Shown: positions 34,913 through 43,699 of the stretch, one piece after another
Position numbering within the stretch: the stretch's first letter is position 1
Layout of the letters: every line of letters starts with the position of its first letter
Assembly: GCA_965218095.1 (NCBI GenBank)
Contig: OZ244587.1
Coordinates: 512,001-576,000 of the forward strand
Source: Candidatus Poribacteria bacterium
GTDB lineage: Bacteria; Poribacteria; WGA-4E; PCPOR2b
DNA: 64,000 nt
Direction of reading: 5' to 3'
Made by a program: the position numbers and the translations under genes
Notes under the pieces: generated by a model
What the model was told of the DNA's origin: nothing
What the model saw: only the letters and a program-made list of their open reading frames with translations
Database searches by the model: none

Positions 34913-34993
34913 GGCTCCTTCAGGACCGAAGCAACCAAAGGAAGCGAAGGGTTTGCAGGTTAGCCCCTCTTGGTTCGTGCTTTTTCAAACAGA

Positions 34994-35413
34994 TTACTCC
35001 GCGAACGTCTTCTGGCCCGTTTCCTTCTGTTTTCGCCTCAACTCTGCGATCTCTTCGTCTGTCAGACTTTCTCTGTCCGTTACGATAGTCTGTTCGATCA
35101 ATTCCAGCTTCAATTCCCGGTTAGTGAGCCACTCCCAGCGATCGGCATTTGCTGGGTGGGGATGTGGATGCACATCATCAGGACCAATCTCATCGGAAAC
35201 GGCATAGAGATAACTAGGCGTGACGCCGTTATGCTTCACTTTACATTTGTCAGATAGAGATTCACCTCCGGTAGACATAGAGACAAGTGAAGGTCTGTGA
35301 GAGAATGCTTTCGCCACACTCTTGTTCTGTGTGATTGAACTTCCGCCCCGCAGTTTTGTCAGCTTTTGCTGAGAACCATGATACCACGTAAGACTATAGT
35401 CGCAATCTGACAT
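34994..35413 (-). CDS. Hypothetical cassette protein
   Basis: 139 aa; bounded by 10-bp complementary cores GTTATGCGGC (34906) and GCCGCATAAC (35504). Confidence 0.75.
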   Translation of the reverse strand: MSDCDYSLTWYHGSQQKLTKLRGGSSITQNKSVAKAFSHRPSLVSMSTGGESLSDKCKVKHNGVTPSYLYAVSDEIGPDDVHPHPHPANADRWEWLTNRELKLELIEQTIVTDRESLTDEEIAELRRKQKETGQKTFAE

Positions 35414-35506
35414 CAGTTACCTCAAACTCTGAGCAGGAAAGGGAAAGGGCTACACCCTTTGCCAAGGTTTCGATTGAAAAAAATGGGAGCCCAGTCTGCT
35501 AATGCC

Positions 35507-35590
35507 GCATAACGTCTTCGCCGTGCCCAAACCGCGAAGTGGTTGGGCGGAGGACCGCATGGCCCAAAGCCGAAGGCACGATGGCCGCGG
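35507..35590 (-). other. attC-like site 2 (family A, R'' degenerate)
   Basis: GCATAACgtc...cccaaaccgcgaagtggttgggc...aaagccgaaggcacg. Confidence 0.6.
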
Positions 35591-35665
35591 TTCTTCGTCT
35601 ATGTCAGCGGCCTTCCCCAGGCGACTCTTGTTTCTAAGCCAGCTATCCGCTCTTTGACCCGTTGC

Positions 35666-35755
35666 GCCTAACGTTTAATGGTTTTCGAACCCGGAGCGTA
35701 GCGGAGGGTTGCCCGTAAGGGCCAAGGCAGCGCATGCCGCGCAGCGCTGTTCTTC
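35666..35755 (-). other. attC-like site 3 (family A, degenerate)
   Basis: GCCTAACgtt..ggttttcgaacccggagcgtagcggagggttgcccgtaagggcc..gctGTT. Confidence 0.6.
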
Positions 35756-35828
35756 TTTGTCTTCGAGGTGCATCGACAATGAGCACAGCGAGTTGCTCGC
35801 GACTTTGTGATCAAGCCTTCACCTCATA

Positions 35829-36161
35829 TCACCCATCAAGATATTGATTGAACCAATAGGCTGGCATGGTCGCACGTATAACCGGCCACCATGACTCCGG
35901 TACAGGGAGATATTGCCACTCGCTCGGTTCGCTCAAGTCTGTTGAGTGAGCGGGCATCACAAGCGTCCCATTTACGCCCAAGACTTCTTGAAGTGCAATG
36001 ATGGCTGCTACCACCCCGCCGCACACCCATCCCATCGTGCTCAAGGACGAGTGAACCAGCAATACCATCCCCGTTCTGACGCCAAGCGCACCGAGATTTG
36101 CCTGCAACGAGTCAATCGTGGCGGGCGTTTTCGTTTTTTGAACGACTTGACCTTCACGCAT
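35829..36161 (-). pseudogene. Truncated AAC(3)-family N-acetyltransferase
   Basis: LLVHSSLS..GWVCGG..GTLVMPAH..VPESWW; only about 110 aa, C-terminal half missing. Confidence 0.8.
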
Positions 36162-36185
36162 TTGGTTGTCCTCTTGCTTGCATTC

Positions 36186-36266
36186 GCATAACGTTTTTGC
36201 GCCCCGGAACTGCGAAGCGGTTGGACGAAGGCGCGTATGCGCCGTAGCCAGGGCACAGTGTTACAG
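36186..36266 (-). other. attC-like site 4 (family A)
   Basis: GCATAACgtttttgcgcc..aactgcgaagcggtt..gggcacagtGTTACAG, 10 nt from the next stop. Confidence 0.65.
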
Positions 36267-36275
36267 GGCGTGGAC

Positions 36276-37058
36276 TCAAATGGATCGTTCAGGAAGGAGA
36301 TGGAGTTTGTCAGATGGCAGATAATCCTTCAGCTCCTCTAGATGTCTTATTCTCTGTTCCTCCAACTGAGCGTAAAGTGGGAATTCGGTGCCTTTCGCCC
36401 TGAACTCCACCACCAGAAGCCTACGCTCCCGATGCCCTGGGGTCACCGATCCGCCGTGGACGAGTGTCCCCGACAGCAGGGAGGCCTGTCCATGTTCTGC
36501 AAAAACTGGAACGGGGGCCCCGTATTCGAGATCAGGTGGTAATTGCTTGATTTCGTTGTTGTTGTCGTCTGGGTGATCGTCCATGTAGCGCATCACCTGC
36601 AAGTGACTTCCAGGTCGGTAGTACAGCGGGCAGTTGTCGGCCTGGATATCAGTCAGCCACACGAAAAAGCTACTCGGCATCGCAACCGGAGTGCTGTCGG
36701 AAGAGGAAGTTCCACACTTAAAATCAACGTGTTCCGGTTCAAGGGTCGACTGAGCGTTGGGCCTGGGTTTCGTCACCCGCAAGGACACGAACGCCAGTTC
36801 GACGGCCTCCGCACGCAGGATTGTCTTGGAAACGTTCTCGAAGAATGGATAGTAGACAAGCCTCAATAGTTCAGGTTGCAGGACGCTGCCTGTATACCAT
36901 CCGACAGAATCCCCCCGCCCTTTGGGGATGAAATCAGCATCATCGAGTGCTTCTATGGCCTCATTCGCAGCTCGGAGCAATGCACAAGGAAAGCTTGGCG
37001 ACAAAGTGACAAGACCAGCCGTATGGAATCTCTCAATGTCGGTTTGATCAATGCTTAT
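36276..37058 (-). CDS. PhyH-like dioxygenase (start codon apparently mutated to ATA)
   Basis: EHVD, VWLTD, PGSH, LVHG; frame stays open upstream of TTG 37004 (IDQTDIERFHTAGLV) to ATA at 37058. Confidence 0.65.
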   Translation of the reverse strand: MSIDQTDIERFHTAGLVTLSPSFPCALLRAANEAIEALDDADFIPKGRGDSVGWYTGSVLQPELLRLVYYPFFENVSKTILRAEAVELAFVSLRVTKPRPNAQSTLEPEHVDFKCGTSSSDSTPVAMPSSFFVWLTDIQADNCPLYYRPGSHLQVMRYMDDHPDDNNNEIKQLPPDLEYGAPVPVFAEHGQASLLSGTLVHGGSVTPGHRERRLLVVEFRAKGTEFPLYAQLEEQRIRHLEELKDYLPSDKLHLLPERSI

Positions 37059-37208
37059 ATTTTACACCTGCTGTTACAGTGGCTGAACCGCTTCATTCAT
37101 GTCCTCTACGGTGACCACAGTGCGCGAACTGCCCCAAACAGTTGGGCGAAAATGCAACTTCACCTAGCTGTACCGGGGCCCGTTTGCCGCCGGCCAGCTA
37201 ACGGGACG

Positions 37209-37655
37209 TTATTCTTGTCTTTCCCAACCGAAACTTTCAAAAAACAGGACTTTCTGATAGTTTTCGAATGCCTGTCTAACATAAGGCACCATATTGGGCG
37301 GTAAATCGTGGACAGAATGCCAAGATAGGTCATCACACTTGTCTGGTTCTGCGTTGACGATGTCTCCGCTCCATCTGGAGGCGGCAAGGAAGAATGACAC
37401 CCGTTCATCCTCATCCTTCCTGTGCATAACCCCGACCACTTCGATATCCGAGGGCAGAATCTCAATACCGGACTCTTCCTTCGCTTCTCTGATCGCCGCT
37501 GCCTTGACCTCCTCGTTACCGTCAATGTGTCCAGCAATCACGCTGTAGTTACCATCCTCATACCCAGTATTGAAGCGCCTCAAAAGCAGGATTTCATTGT
37601 TGTTGTTCGTTAGAAAAATATGGGCTTCTGGAGTCAGCTTGAATTTGTCAGACAT
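37209..37655 (-). CDS. NUDIX hydrolase
   Basis: AGHIDGNEEVKAAAIREAKEESG, NAEPDKC. Confidence 0.9.
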   Translation of the reverse strand: MSDKFKLTPEAHIFLTNNNNEILLLRRFNTGYEDGNYSVIAGHIDGNEEVKAAAIREAKEESGIEILPSDIEVVGVMHRKDEDERVSFFLAASRWSGDIVNAEPDKCDDLSWHSVHDLPPNMVPYVRQAFENYQKVLFFESFGWERQE

Positions 37656-37737
37656 CTACCGGCCTCGTAGAAGAAGCGCTTGAGCAGGAGAAGCAAGTGT
37701 GCATCCTACATGTGATTTGTTCCCAGACTCTAGCTGG

Positions 37738-37790
37738 GGCTAACGTTTTCGCGGCTTGCCGGAGGCCAAGTGCCGAATAGCGCGACTTAC
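37738..37790 (-). other. attC half-site (R' side only)
   Basis: GGCTAACgttttcgcggcttgccggaggccaag; far arm missing. Confidence 0.5.
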
Positions 37791-37834
37791 CTGATCTGAT
37801 ACGACGATTTTGCCTCCTGGTCTCTCAAGGTTGA

Positions 37835-38478
37835 TTACACATATCCTCGAACTGCCTCCGGGTATAATATTTTGGCGCCTGAGAGCACCTCAGCGTTCGT
37901 CAACCACTCAGTTTCCTGCCGGACCCCGTCTTCTGTTATCGGAACCTTAGGCATTGAATAAAATCGGTTTTCAATCTCAATCTCATAAAGCATCACCAGT
38001 TCATGACCAAGGTCATCCTTGTAATAAAATATATTGTCGATTGTGCAGAGATACCTGAATTGAAGAAGTTCCGTACCTAATTCCTCTCGAAATTCACGCC
38101 TCAGCGCATCAGGACGCGACTCACCATATTTAACACCGCCACCCGGAAAACGAAAGAAAAACTCTCTACTGTCAGGGTGCGTAAATCGCACCGCAAGCAC
38201 CCGATCCTTGTTCCGGACCATACCGAGAACAGTCGTGCGAATATGTTTCGTCCCGGGTTTCTGAACGAATGAAATCACATAGGAATCGAAAAAGCGCTCT
38301 TGGAACTCGGTTAGCGCCTTAATTTCATCTGCCCCATATCGGTCCACATGTCGTGAGACGACTAACTTATTCTCGTTGTCATCATTGCGGACAATTAGCC
38401 CAATTACGTTGCCCTCGTAGGAATCCAGAGGTTCAAATTCGCCCAGAACGTAGGCATCGATCTCTTCTCCATCCTCAG
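37835..38478 (-). pseudogene. Inorganic-pyrophosphatase-like domain fused to NUDIX, 5' truncated
   Basis: DGEEIDAYVLG..RNDDNENKLVV..FQERFF then PGGGVKYGESRPDALRREFREELG; N-terminus replaced by attC sequence. Confidence 0.7.
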
Positions 38479-38538
38479 CACCGCGCGGCGGTAGGGCGAA
38501 GGCGCAAGTGCGCGGCAGCGAAAATCGCTGTGTTAACC
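38479..38538 (-). other. attC half-site (R'' side) fused directly into the downstream gene
   Basis: accgcgcggcggtagggcgaaggcgc..gctgtGTTAACC; GTTAACCGA matches TCGGCTAAC at 39146 with one mismatch. Confidence 0.6.
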
Positions 38539-38552
38539 GATTTGGAATTCTT

Positions 38553-39116
38553 CTATACCTTGCTCGAAAGGTTAGACTCGAAGTCAGATGCGACGATTCC
38601 GTAGATAGCCACGTCTTCAAACGAACCACACCTTTGTAGCTGCTGTCTCAGAATCCCCTCGAGTCTCATTCCCGCTTTTTCCATAACCCGACCCGAAGCG
38701 GGATTCTTGGTCATGTGACGTGCCTGAACCCGATTCAGATTGAGTTCCTCAAAGCCATACTGAACAAATGCCTGTGCAGCCTCAGTACAGTATCCGTTGT
38801 TCCAGAACGCCTTTCCGATCCAATAACCAAGTTCTCCGTACAGATGCTTTTGGTTGACATGAAGACCGATCGCGCCAATGAGTTGTCCACTAGATTCCAA
38901 AACGATGGCAAGGATGATTTCCGAGCCGTTCTGAAATGCCCCTTCATGGCTACCGATCCACTCTTCAGCCATCCTGTCCTCATACGGATGGGGCAGGTTC
39001 GGCACTGTTGCGGCCACGTCACGGTCCCCTGCCAACTTTTGGACGTTGTTCGCGTCTTCGAGTCTAAAAGGACGGAGGAACAAGCGATTTGTAGCTAATC
39101 TTGGCCAAGTTTTCAC
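38553..39116 (-). CDS. RimJ/RimL-type GNAT acetyltransferase
   Basis: LATNRLFLRPF, ELGYWIG..WNNGYCTEA, NPASGRVMEKAGM. Confidence 0.92.
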   Translation of the reverse strand: MKTWPRLATNRLFLRPFRLEDANNVQKLAGDRDVAATVPNLPHPYEDRMAEEWIGSHEGAFQNGSEIILAIVLESSGQLIGAIGLHVNQKHLYGELGYWIGKAFWNNGYCTEAAQAFVQYGFEELNLNRVQARHMTKNPASGRVMEKAGMRLEGILRQQLQRCGSFEDVAIYGIVASDFESNLSSKV

Positions 39117-39147
39117 GGGATAATGCCCTCCAGATCCTTTCCATTTC

Positions 39148-39236
39148 GGCTAACGTTTTGCTGGTTTGCGAACCCGCAAAGCGGGTTGCCGAAGGCAGAG
39201 GCATCAATGCGCCAAAGCCGAGGTACGGTGTTAGAC
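39148..39236 (-). other. attC site (family A)
   Basis: GGCTAACgttttgctggtttgcgaacccgcaaagcgggttgccgaaggc...cggtGTTAGAC. Confidence 0.75.
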
Positions 39237-39252
39237 GCTGCGGTTCTTCGTC

Positions 39253-40047
39253 CTATGTCAGCGGCCTTCCCCAGGTGACCCTTGTTTCTAATTGGAAACT
39301 GAGGAGTCCCTCATCATCGGCAAAGTCAGACAAGATATGCGATAGTTCGGCGTCGAAGGCCCTAACGTTTTCCTCCCCCATGTGTTCCTTGGACATGCTT
39401 TCTCTCGAGTGAAAAGACTCAACATAGTCTGCTAGCGGTTGAGAGAAGTCAATCGGTGTTGTCCGCTTATCTCCAATTGGGTGTAGGTACCCTCTATTCG
39501 AGATCTCTTGAACCAGATCCATCTCCTCATAGTGCTTGTTGGTGGAATACTTGCGGATCAATGAAAGCTCTGCATCATGCCAAGGCGATCCGATAGGACG
39601 ATCTCCATCAATGATTACGAGGTGCCCATCTGTCGTCAGCACTTCCTTGAATCTCGGAAAAACCACGCTCCACTCCATCCAATGAATACTTGCTCCAGCC
39701 GTCACCATATGGTAGGGCGGATACAACCGCTCCTCCTCGACGCGTCCATTGATCCACCGGAGGTTTGGGTGATCGCCGTTGATGAGCGACTTCCCCACTT
39801 GGATCATTTCTCGCGAGAAGTCAACCGCATCAACTCCGTCTACGTGATCGACGAGTGACCGTGCTATCTTTCCTGGACCACATCCGACGTCTAGAACTCT
39901 CCCCCGCGATTCTCCCAGCAAACTTAGAAGTATCCTATACGTCTCATCTGGATAGGGAGGCCGGAACTCGTACGCTTTCGCCAAACTCCGGTTCTTGAAT
40001 CGGGATGCGTGATCGTCCCAGTATTGTCGTGGCCTTGTGGTTTTCAT
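39253..40047 (-). CDS. Class I SAM-dependent methyltransferase
   Basis: RPPYP, VLDVGCGPG, AVDFSREM, SIHWM. Confidence 0.9.
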   Translation of the reverse strand: MKTTRPRQYWDDHASRFKNRSLAKAYEFRPPYPDETYRILLSLLGESRGRVLDVGCGPGKIARSLVDHVDGVDAVDFSREMIQVGKSLINGDHPNLRWINGRVEEERLYPPYHMVTAGASIHWMEWSVVFPRFKEVLTTDGHLVIIDGDRPIGSPWHDAELSLIRKYSTNKHYEEMDLVQEISNRGYLHPIGDKRTTPIDFSQPLADYVESFHSRESMSKEHMGEENVRAFDAELSHILSDFADDEGLLSFQLETRVTWGRPLT

Positions 40048-40050
40048 GTT

Positions 40051-41067
40051 TTAATCCTGCCTATTGGATAAACGCTTATATTCAAGGAATTTCTCTTGAA
40101 CCAAACCTTTGGCGAAGAGGCTCTTGCTCAGATCAAAGCCTTCCTTGATGGAGTCTGTCCGTCCAAAACAGTAGAAGGCTGCACCGGCATTCAAGCAGAC
40201 CATGTCCAGGATTGGTTCGGGAGTTTGGTTCTGTAAAAGAGATAGGAAGATTTCTGCATTCTCGTCGTTATCACCTCCTGGAATCGTGCTGTAATCCCGT
40301 TCAGTAATCCCGAAGTCCGAAGGTGTAATGTCATATTCTTTGGTCACATCTTCCGCCAGTTCAAATATATGAGTGGGTCCAGAAATTGAAATCTCATCAA
40401 TTCCAGGTTCTCCGATAACAATTAAGAATCGCGTACGTCCAAGGTGGCGGAGCACTTCTGCCAGCCGTCTGCCCATATCTACATCAATTGTTCCAAGTAT
40501 TTGATACTGAGGATTTGCAGGGTTGCATAACGGAGCGCTGAGATTAAAAATTGTTCTCCTGTCAGCTATTTGTCTGGCAGTTACAACCTTTTTCATCACC
40601 GGATGGTATGTGCGAGCAAACAGGAAACACATCTTCGTTCTGGCGAAAATGTCCTCTAACTGGTCGTCTTCAAAATCGAATTCACAGCCAAGTTTTTCGA
40701 GCAAATCAAAGCTTCCGTTCGGTCTCTTTGAACCTTTATTTCCGTGCTTGACAACTGGAACGCCACCGGCAGCCAAAATGAATGCAGCGGTTGTGGATAC
40801 GTTGAACCGATCCAAACCACTACCGCCCGTACCACATGAATCGATAGCGTTGGAGGGCAAAGAAACGAGTCTCGACTTGGCCAATAATGCTCTTGAAAAT
40901 CCGAGGATTTCATCGGCACTTTCGCCCTTTTCAGAGAGCGCTATAAGCAGTTCTGCTATCTGTCCGTCCGGTACATCATTTTCGAGTATTGCATTCAAAC
41001 ATTGTTCAGCCTCATTGGCTTGAAGAGATCCACTGGCTTTGAGTTTGTCAATGTATTTTGAAATCAT
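40051..41067 (-). CDS. trpD: Anthranilate phosphoribosyltransferase
   Basis: DSCGTGGSG..FNVST, VVKHGNK, FLFA..HP.MK, RTIFN, GIDEIS. Confidence 0.9.
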   Translation of the reverse strand: MISKYIDKLKASGSLQANEAEQCLNAILENDVPDGQIAELLIALSEKGESADEILGFSRALLAKSRLVSLPSNAIDSCGTGGSGLDRFNVSTTAAFILAAGGVPVVKHGNKGSKRPNGSFDLLEKLGCEFDFEDDQLEDIFARTKMCFLFARTYHPVMKKVVTARQIADRRTIFNLSAPLCNPANPQYQILGTIDVDMGRRLAEVLRHLGRTRFLIVIGEPGIDEISISGPTHIFELAEDVTKEYDITPSDFGITERDYSTIPGGDNDENAEIFLSLLQNQTPEPILDMVCLNAGAAFYCFGRTDSIKEGFDLSKSLFAKGLVQEKFLEYKRLSNRQD

Positions 41068-41198
41068 GGGAAGCTTTTCCTGTTTACAAAAGAGCAGGAG
41101 GAAATAGTTCTGTGAGTTATTACAAGGTGTGTTAAGGAGGTTATTCTTTTTATTTTTCTCCCCCTATGCTTTTCCGATCAATACAAAAACAGTCTTTC

Positions 41199-41305
41199 GC
41201 ATAACATTTTGCCGGTTTGCGAACCTCGCGCTTATCGAGGGGTTGCCGAAGATCAAGCCGCTGCAGGACGGTGCAGGACGGTGCAGTGGCAGCCGGGTGT
41301 TACCG
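41199..41305 (-). other. attC site (family A) with internal 10-bp tandem duplication
   Basis: GCATAACattttgccggtttgcgaacc..ggttgccgaag..(tgcaggacgg)x2..GTTACCG. Confidence 0.7.
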
Positions 41306-41340
41306 GATGTGGACGTTCGGTTTCCTAGCTACTGAGTAGT

Positions 41341-42171
41341 TCAGACCTCTCGGACCCGACGAAGCAGTACGATTGGCCGATTAATCTCACCTGTTGCCTG
41401 TGATAGTGGCTGGTTCAAGTCCCAATCGTTCCACCAACCCACAAACTCGAACTCATCCATAGCGTCGGTTAGCAGGAGAAACTCCTGTGGATACATCACC
41501 CTTTGTAGGTCTGAACTAGATATCGTCAGGGATCGGCCGCAGTCTGTCACATTTAGAGTGGCCACTTCCTGGACAATCTGCTCGACGGGATCAACGTCCC
41601 TCAATGTGACGTTCACTTCGACTACGATCCCTTCCTTCTCCATTGTCCAGGACTGGCCCGTTTCTGAGAACGCGGGTGATTGACCAAATTGTACGCACCA
41701 GTCTAGGAGGTAAAGCGCTCCAGGATCGAGTGCCCTTGCCAGCGAACTGAAATGGCTAGACAGTTCCTCTGTGTTCCGTGCATACAGGGAGCCGAGCGCG
41801 ACGAAAGCAAACTGGTATGTTGTGTCCACGTTGAAATCTATCATAGAGGCTTTGTGAAATTCTGCTGTCCATGTACTTTCAGTAACCTTCCTTTGGCCGG
41901 CGGCGAGCATGTTTTCGTTCGTATCTAGCCCATGATACTCGTAACCCCGTCGGCACAATTCCCGAAGGTGCGGACTCGGACCACAGGCTAACTCCAGCAC
42001 TCGCCTCACCGGCACCTTGGCGAACCTCTCGAACAACTGCTCGAAACACGTTACCTCGTGAGAGATGTCACGAAATGAGAATGCCAGCTCGTAGTAATCT
42101 GGATAGTCGTAGAGTGCAGCGCTTCCGCTTTCAGATCTCATTTCTAAGTCTTTCACAGATTTAAACCTCAT
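41341..42171 (-). CDS. Class I SAM-dependent methyltransferase
   Basis: VLELACG, GLDTNENML; cassette cores GTTACCGGA (41299) / TCCGGAAAC (42173) are complementary with one mismatch. Confidence 0.88.
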   Translation of the reverse strand: MRFKSVKDLEMRSESGSAALYDYPDYYELAFSFRDISHEVTCFEQLFERFAKVPVRRVLELACGPSPHLRELCRRGYEYHGLDTNENMLAAGQRKVTESTWTAEFHKASMIDFNVDTTYQFAFVALGSLYARNTEELSSHFSSLARALDPGALYLLDWCVQFGQSPAFSETGQSWTMEKEGIVVEVNVTLRDVDPVEQIVQEVATLNVTDCGRSLTISSSDLQRVMYPQEFLLLTDAMDEFEFVGWWNDWDLNQPLSQATGEINRPIVLLRRVREV

Positions 42172-42174
42172 TTC

Positions 42175-42293
42175 CGGAAACGTTATGCCGGTTTACGAAC
42201 CTCAAGCCTGTCGACGCGTGCCGAGAGGTGCCGAAGGCCAAGCGTCGTAGGAGCGCCGCATGAATTGCTGTGAATATGACGTGGATGTTATGC
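42175..42293 (-). other. attC site (family A, long)
   Basis: CGGAAACgttatgccggtttacgaacc..gccgaaggccaag..GTTATGC. Confidence 0.65.
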
Positions 42294-42365
42294 GACTGTG
42301 TTCGCTGCCGGTACCACATCAGTTATTGCAGAACTGACATTGCGACATTTTCGTTAATCCTGCTT

Positions 42366-42824
42366 TTAGGAATCCCTCTTGCGTAACCTCTGGTCAAGCT
42401 CCCAAAGAGCTGTTCGATTGCCTTCAAATCTTAGTAGTTCCACAGCCCGAGCGTACGTGAGCCAACGATATTCCGTGTGCTCATTGGAGATGATCAGATC
42501 TTTCTTCTGAACTTCAACCCCAAAGCAATACTCCGGAATCACATAGAGATCGCGACTCCAGTGTGGAACATTCTGGAAAGCCGTCACTGGAACGGAATTA
42601 ACAGTCTGCAATTCGAGGTAATGAGCATTCTCGGATATTCCCGCCTCCTCGAAGGATTCCCTCCGCGCGGCTTGGAGTGGGCACTCATCATCCTCTCCTC
42701 CACCGGCAATCCCTTGCCAAAACTCCGTTTGCTCGTCGCTTCTCAGAAACATAGCATATTGGACGTAGCTCTCTGTCCCCACATGGTAGGGGAACACAAG
42801 AACCTGGAAGGGTGCGCGAGCCAT
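42366..42824 (-). CDS. NUDIX pyrophosphatase
   Basis: RAPFQVLV, WQGIAGGGEDDE..AARRESFEEAG, SNEHTEYRW. Confidence 0.9.
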   Translation of the reverse strand: MARAPFQVLVFPYHVGTESYVQYAMFLRSDEQTEFWQGIAGGGEDDECPLQAARRESFEEAGISENAHYLELQTVNSVPVTAFQNVPHWSRDLYVIPEYCFGVEVQKKDLIISNEHTEYRWLTYARAVELLRFEGNRTALWELDQRLRKRDS

Positions 42825-42928
42825 TTGGGCCTCTTACCGTATATAGGATTAAGTCTCAGCTTTTGAGACTTTCCAGCTCCTCCTGCCTAAACTGAGGCTC
42901 ACTGGCGGCCACCATAAAGTGTACGAAA

Positions 42929-43547
42929 TCATTCTTGCGTTTTCCAAATTCCTGATAACCGTTCAGAAAGGGGAAATTCGCCGCGATCCAACGCACAATC
43001 TAATTCTTGAAATCCCTTCAGCAGTCTTTGACGTTGTTCCCGAGCAAAAGGGTTACAAATCTGGCTTTCCCAATAAGTGTCTGGAGCATTGTTCTTCAAA
43101 TGCTCAATCAATTTCATAAGATTTCTGGCGGCTGGGGATGATTGAAACCTCGCTCTGTCATAATCGTCCATCAAAAAATCCACTCGCGTGAAGACCGAAC
43201 CACCTGCATTTGAGAGCAGACATTTTCTCTTGCGCAACAATCCGAGCGGAACACATATCAAATGCCCAGGTTCTTGGATTCACATGTTCATTGACCTTTG
43301 AAATGACTTCATCCAGTGCGTGAATGGGCACGGCAATAAAAATGTATTGAGCGAAAGAAACAGTTTCTTCAAAATCGTTAACGGGTTTGGCCCCGATTGC
43401 TTCGATGTCTCCGGCAACGTTGCGAGTGGATGAAATGTGGACGTCAAAGTGTTCGCAGAAAATTTCCGCGAATCTTTGACCTATCCGCCCAAATCCGATG
43501 ACGAGCATTCGAGAATTGTCCATAGTCTGTTCGATTCCTTGTTTCAA
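42929..43547 (-). pseudogene. Prephenate dehydrogenase (TyrA)-like gene, frameshifted
   Basis: VIGFGRIG, IFIAVPI, FDMCS; C-terminal part (YWESQICNPFA) in a second frame. Confidence 0.6.
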
Positions 43548-43699
43548 TTTGAGGTTTGAAAGGATTCAAGTGAATTTCCCTGCTCTGAAAGAGATCTCTT
43601 GCACTTCGGGCAACAAAAAAATCCGAAGGCATTGACAATTCTTTTTGGTGTTGGGGGGCGAAGGGAGGAGATTTTTCGCCCCATTTTAAGTTTTTGATT

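Noticed and set aside
37082-37147. Additional attC candidates (also 53465-53550, 54430-54436, 61484-61508)
   Set aside because: Only one core or weak arm pairing; insufficient to call.
34822-42293. CRISPR array
   Set aside because: Repeats are long, divergent and separated by whole genes, and there are no cas genes; attC fits better.
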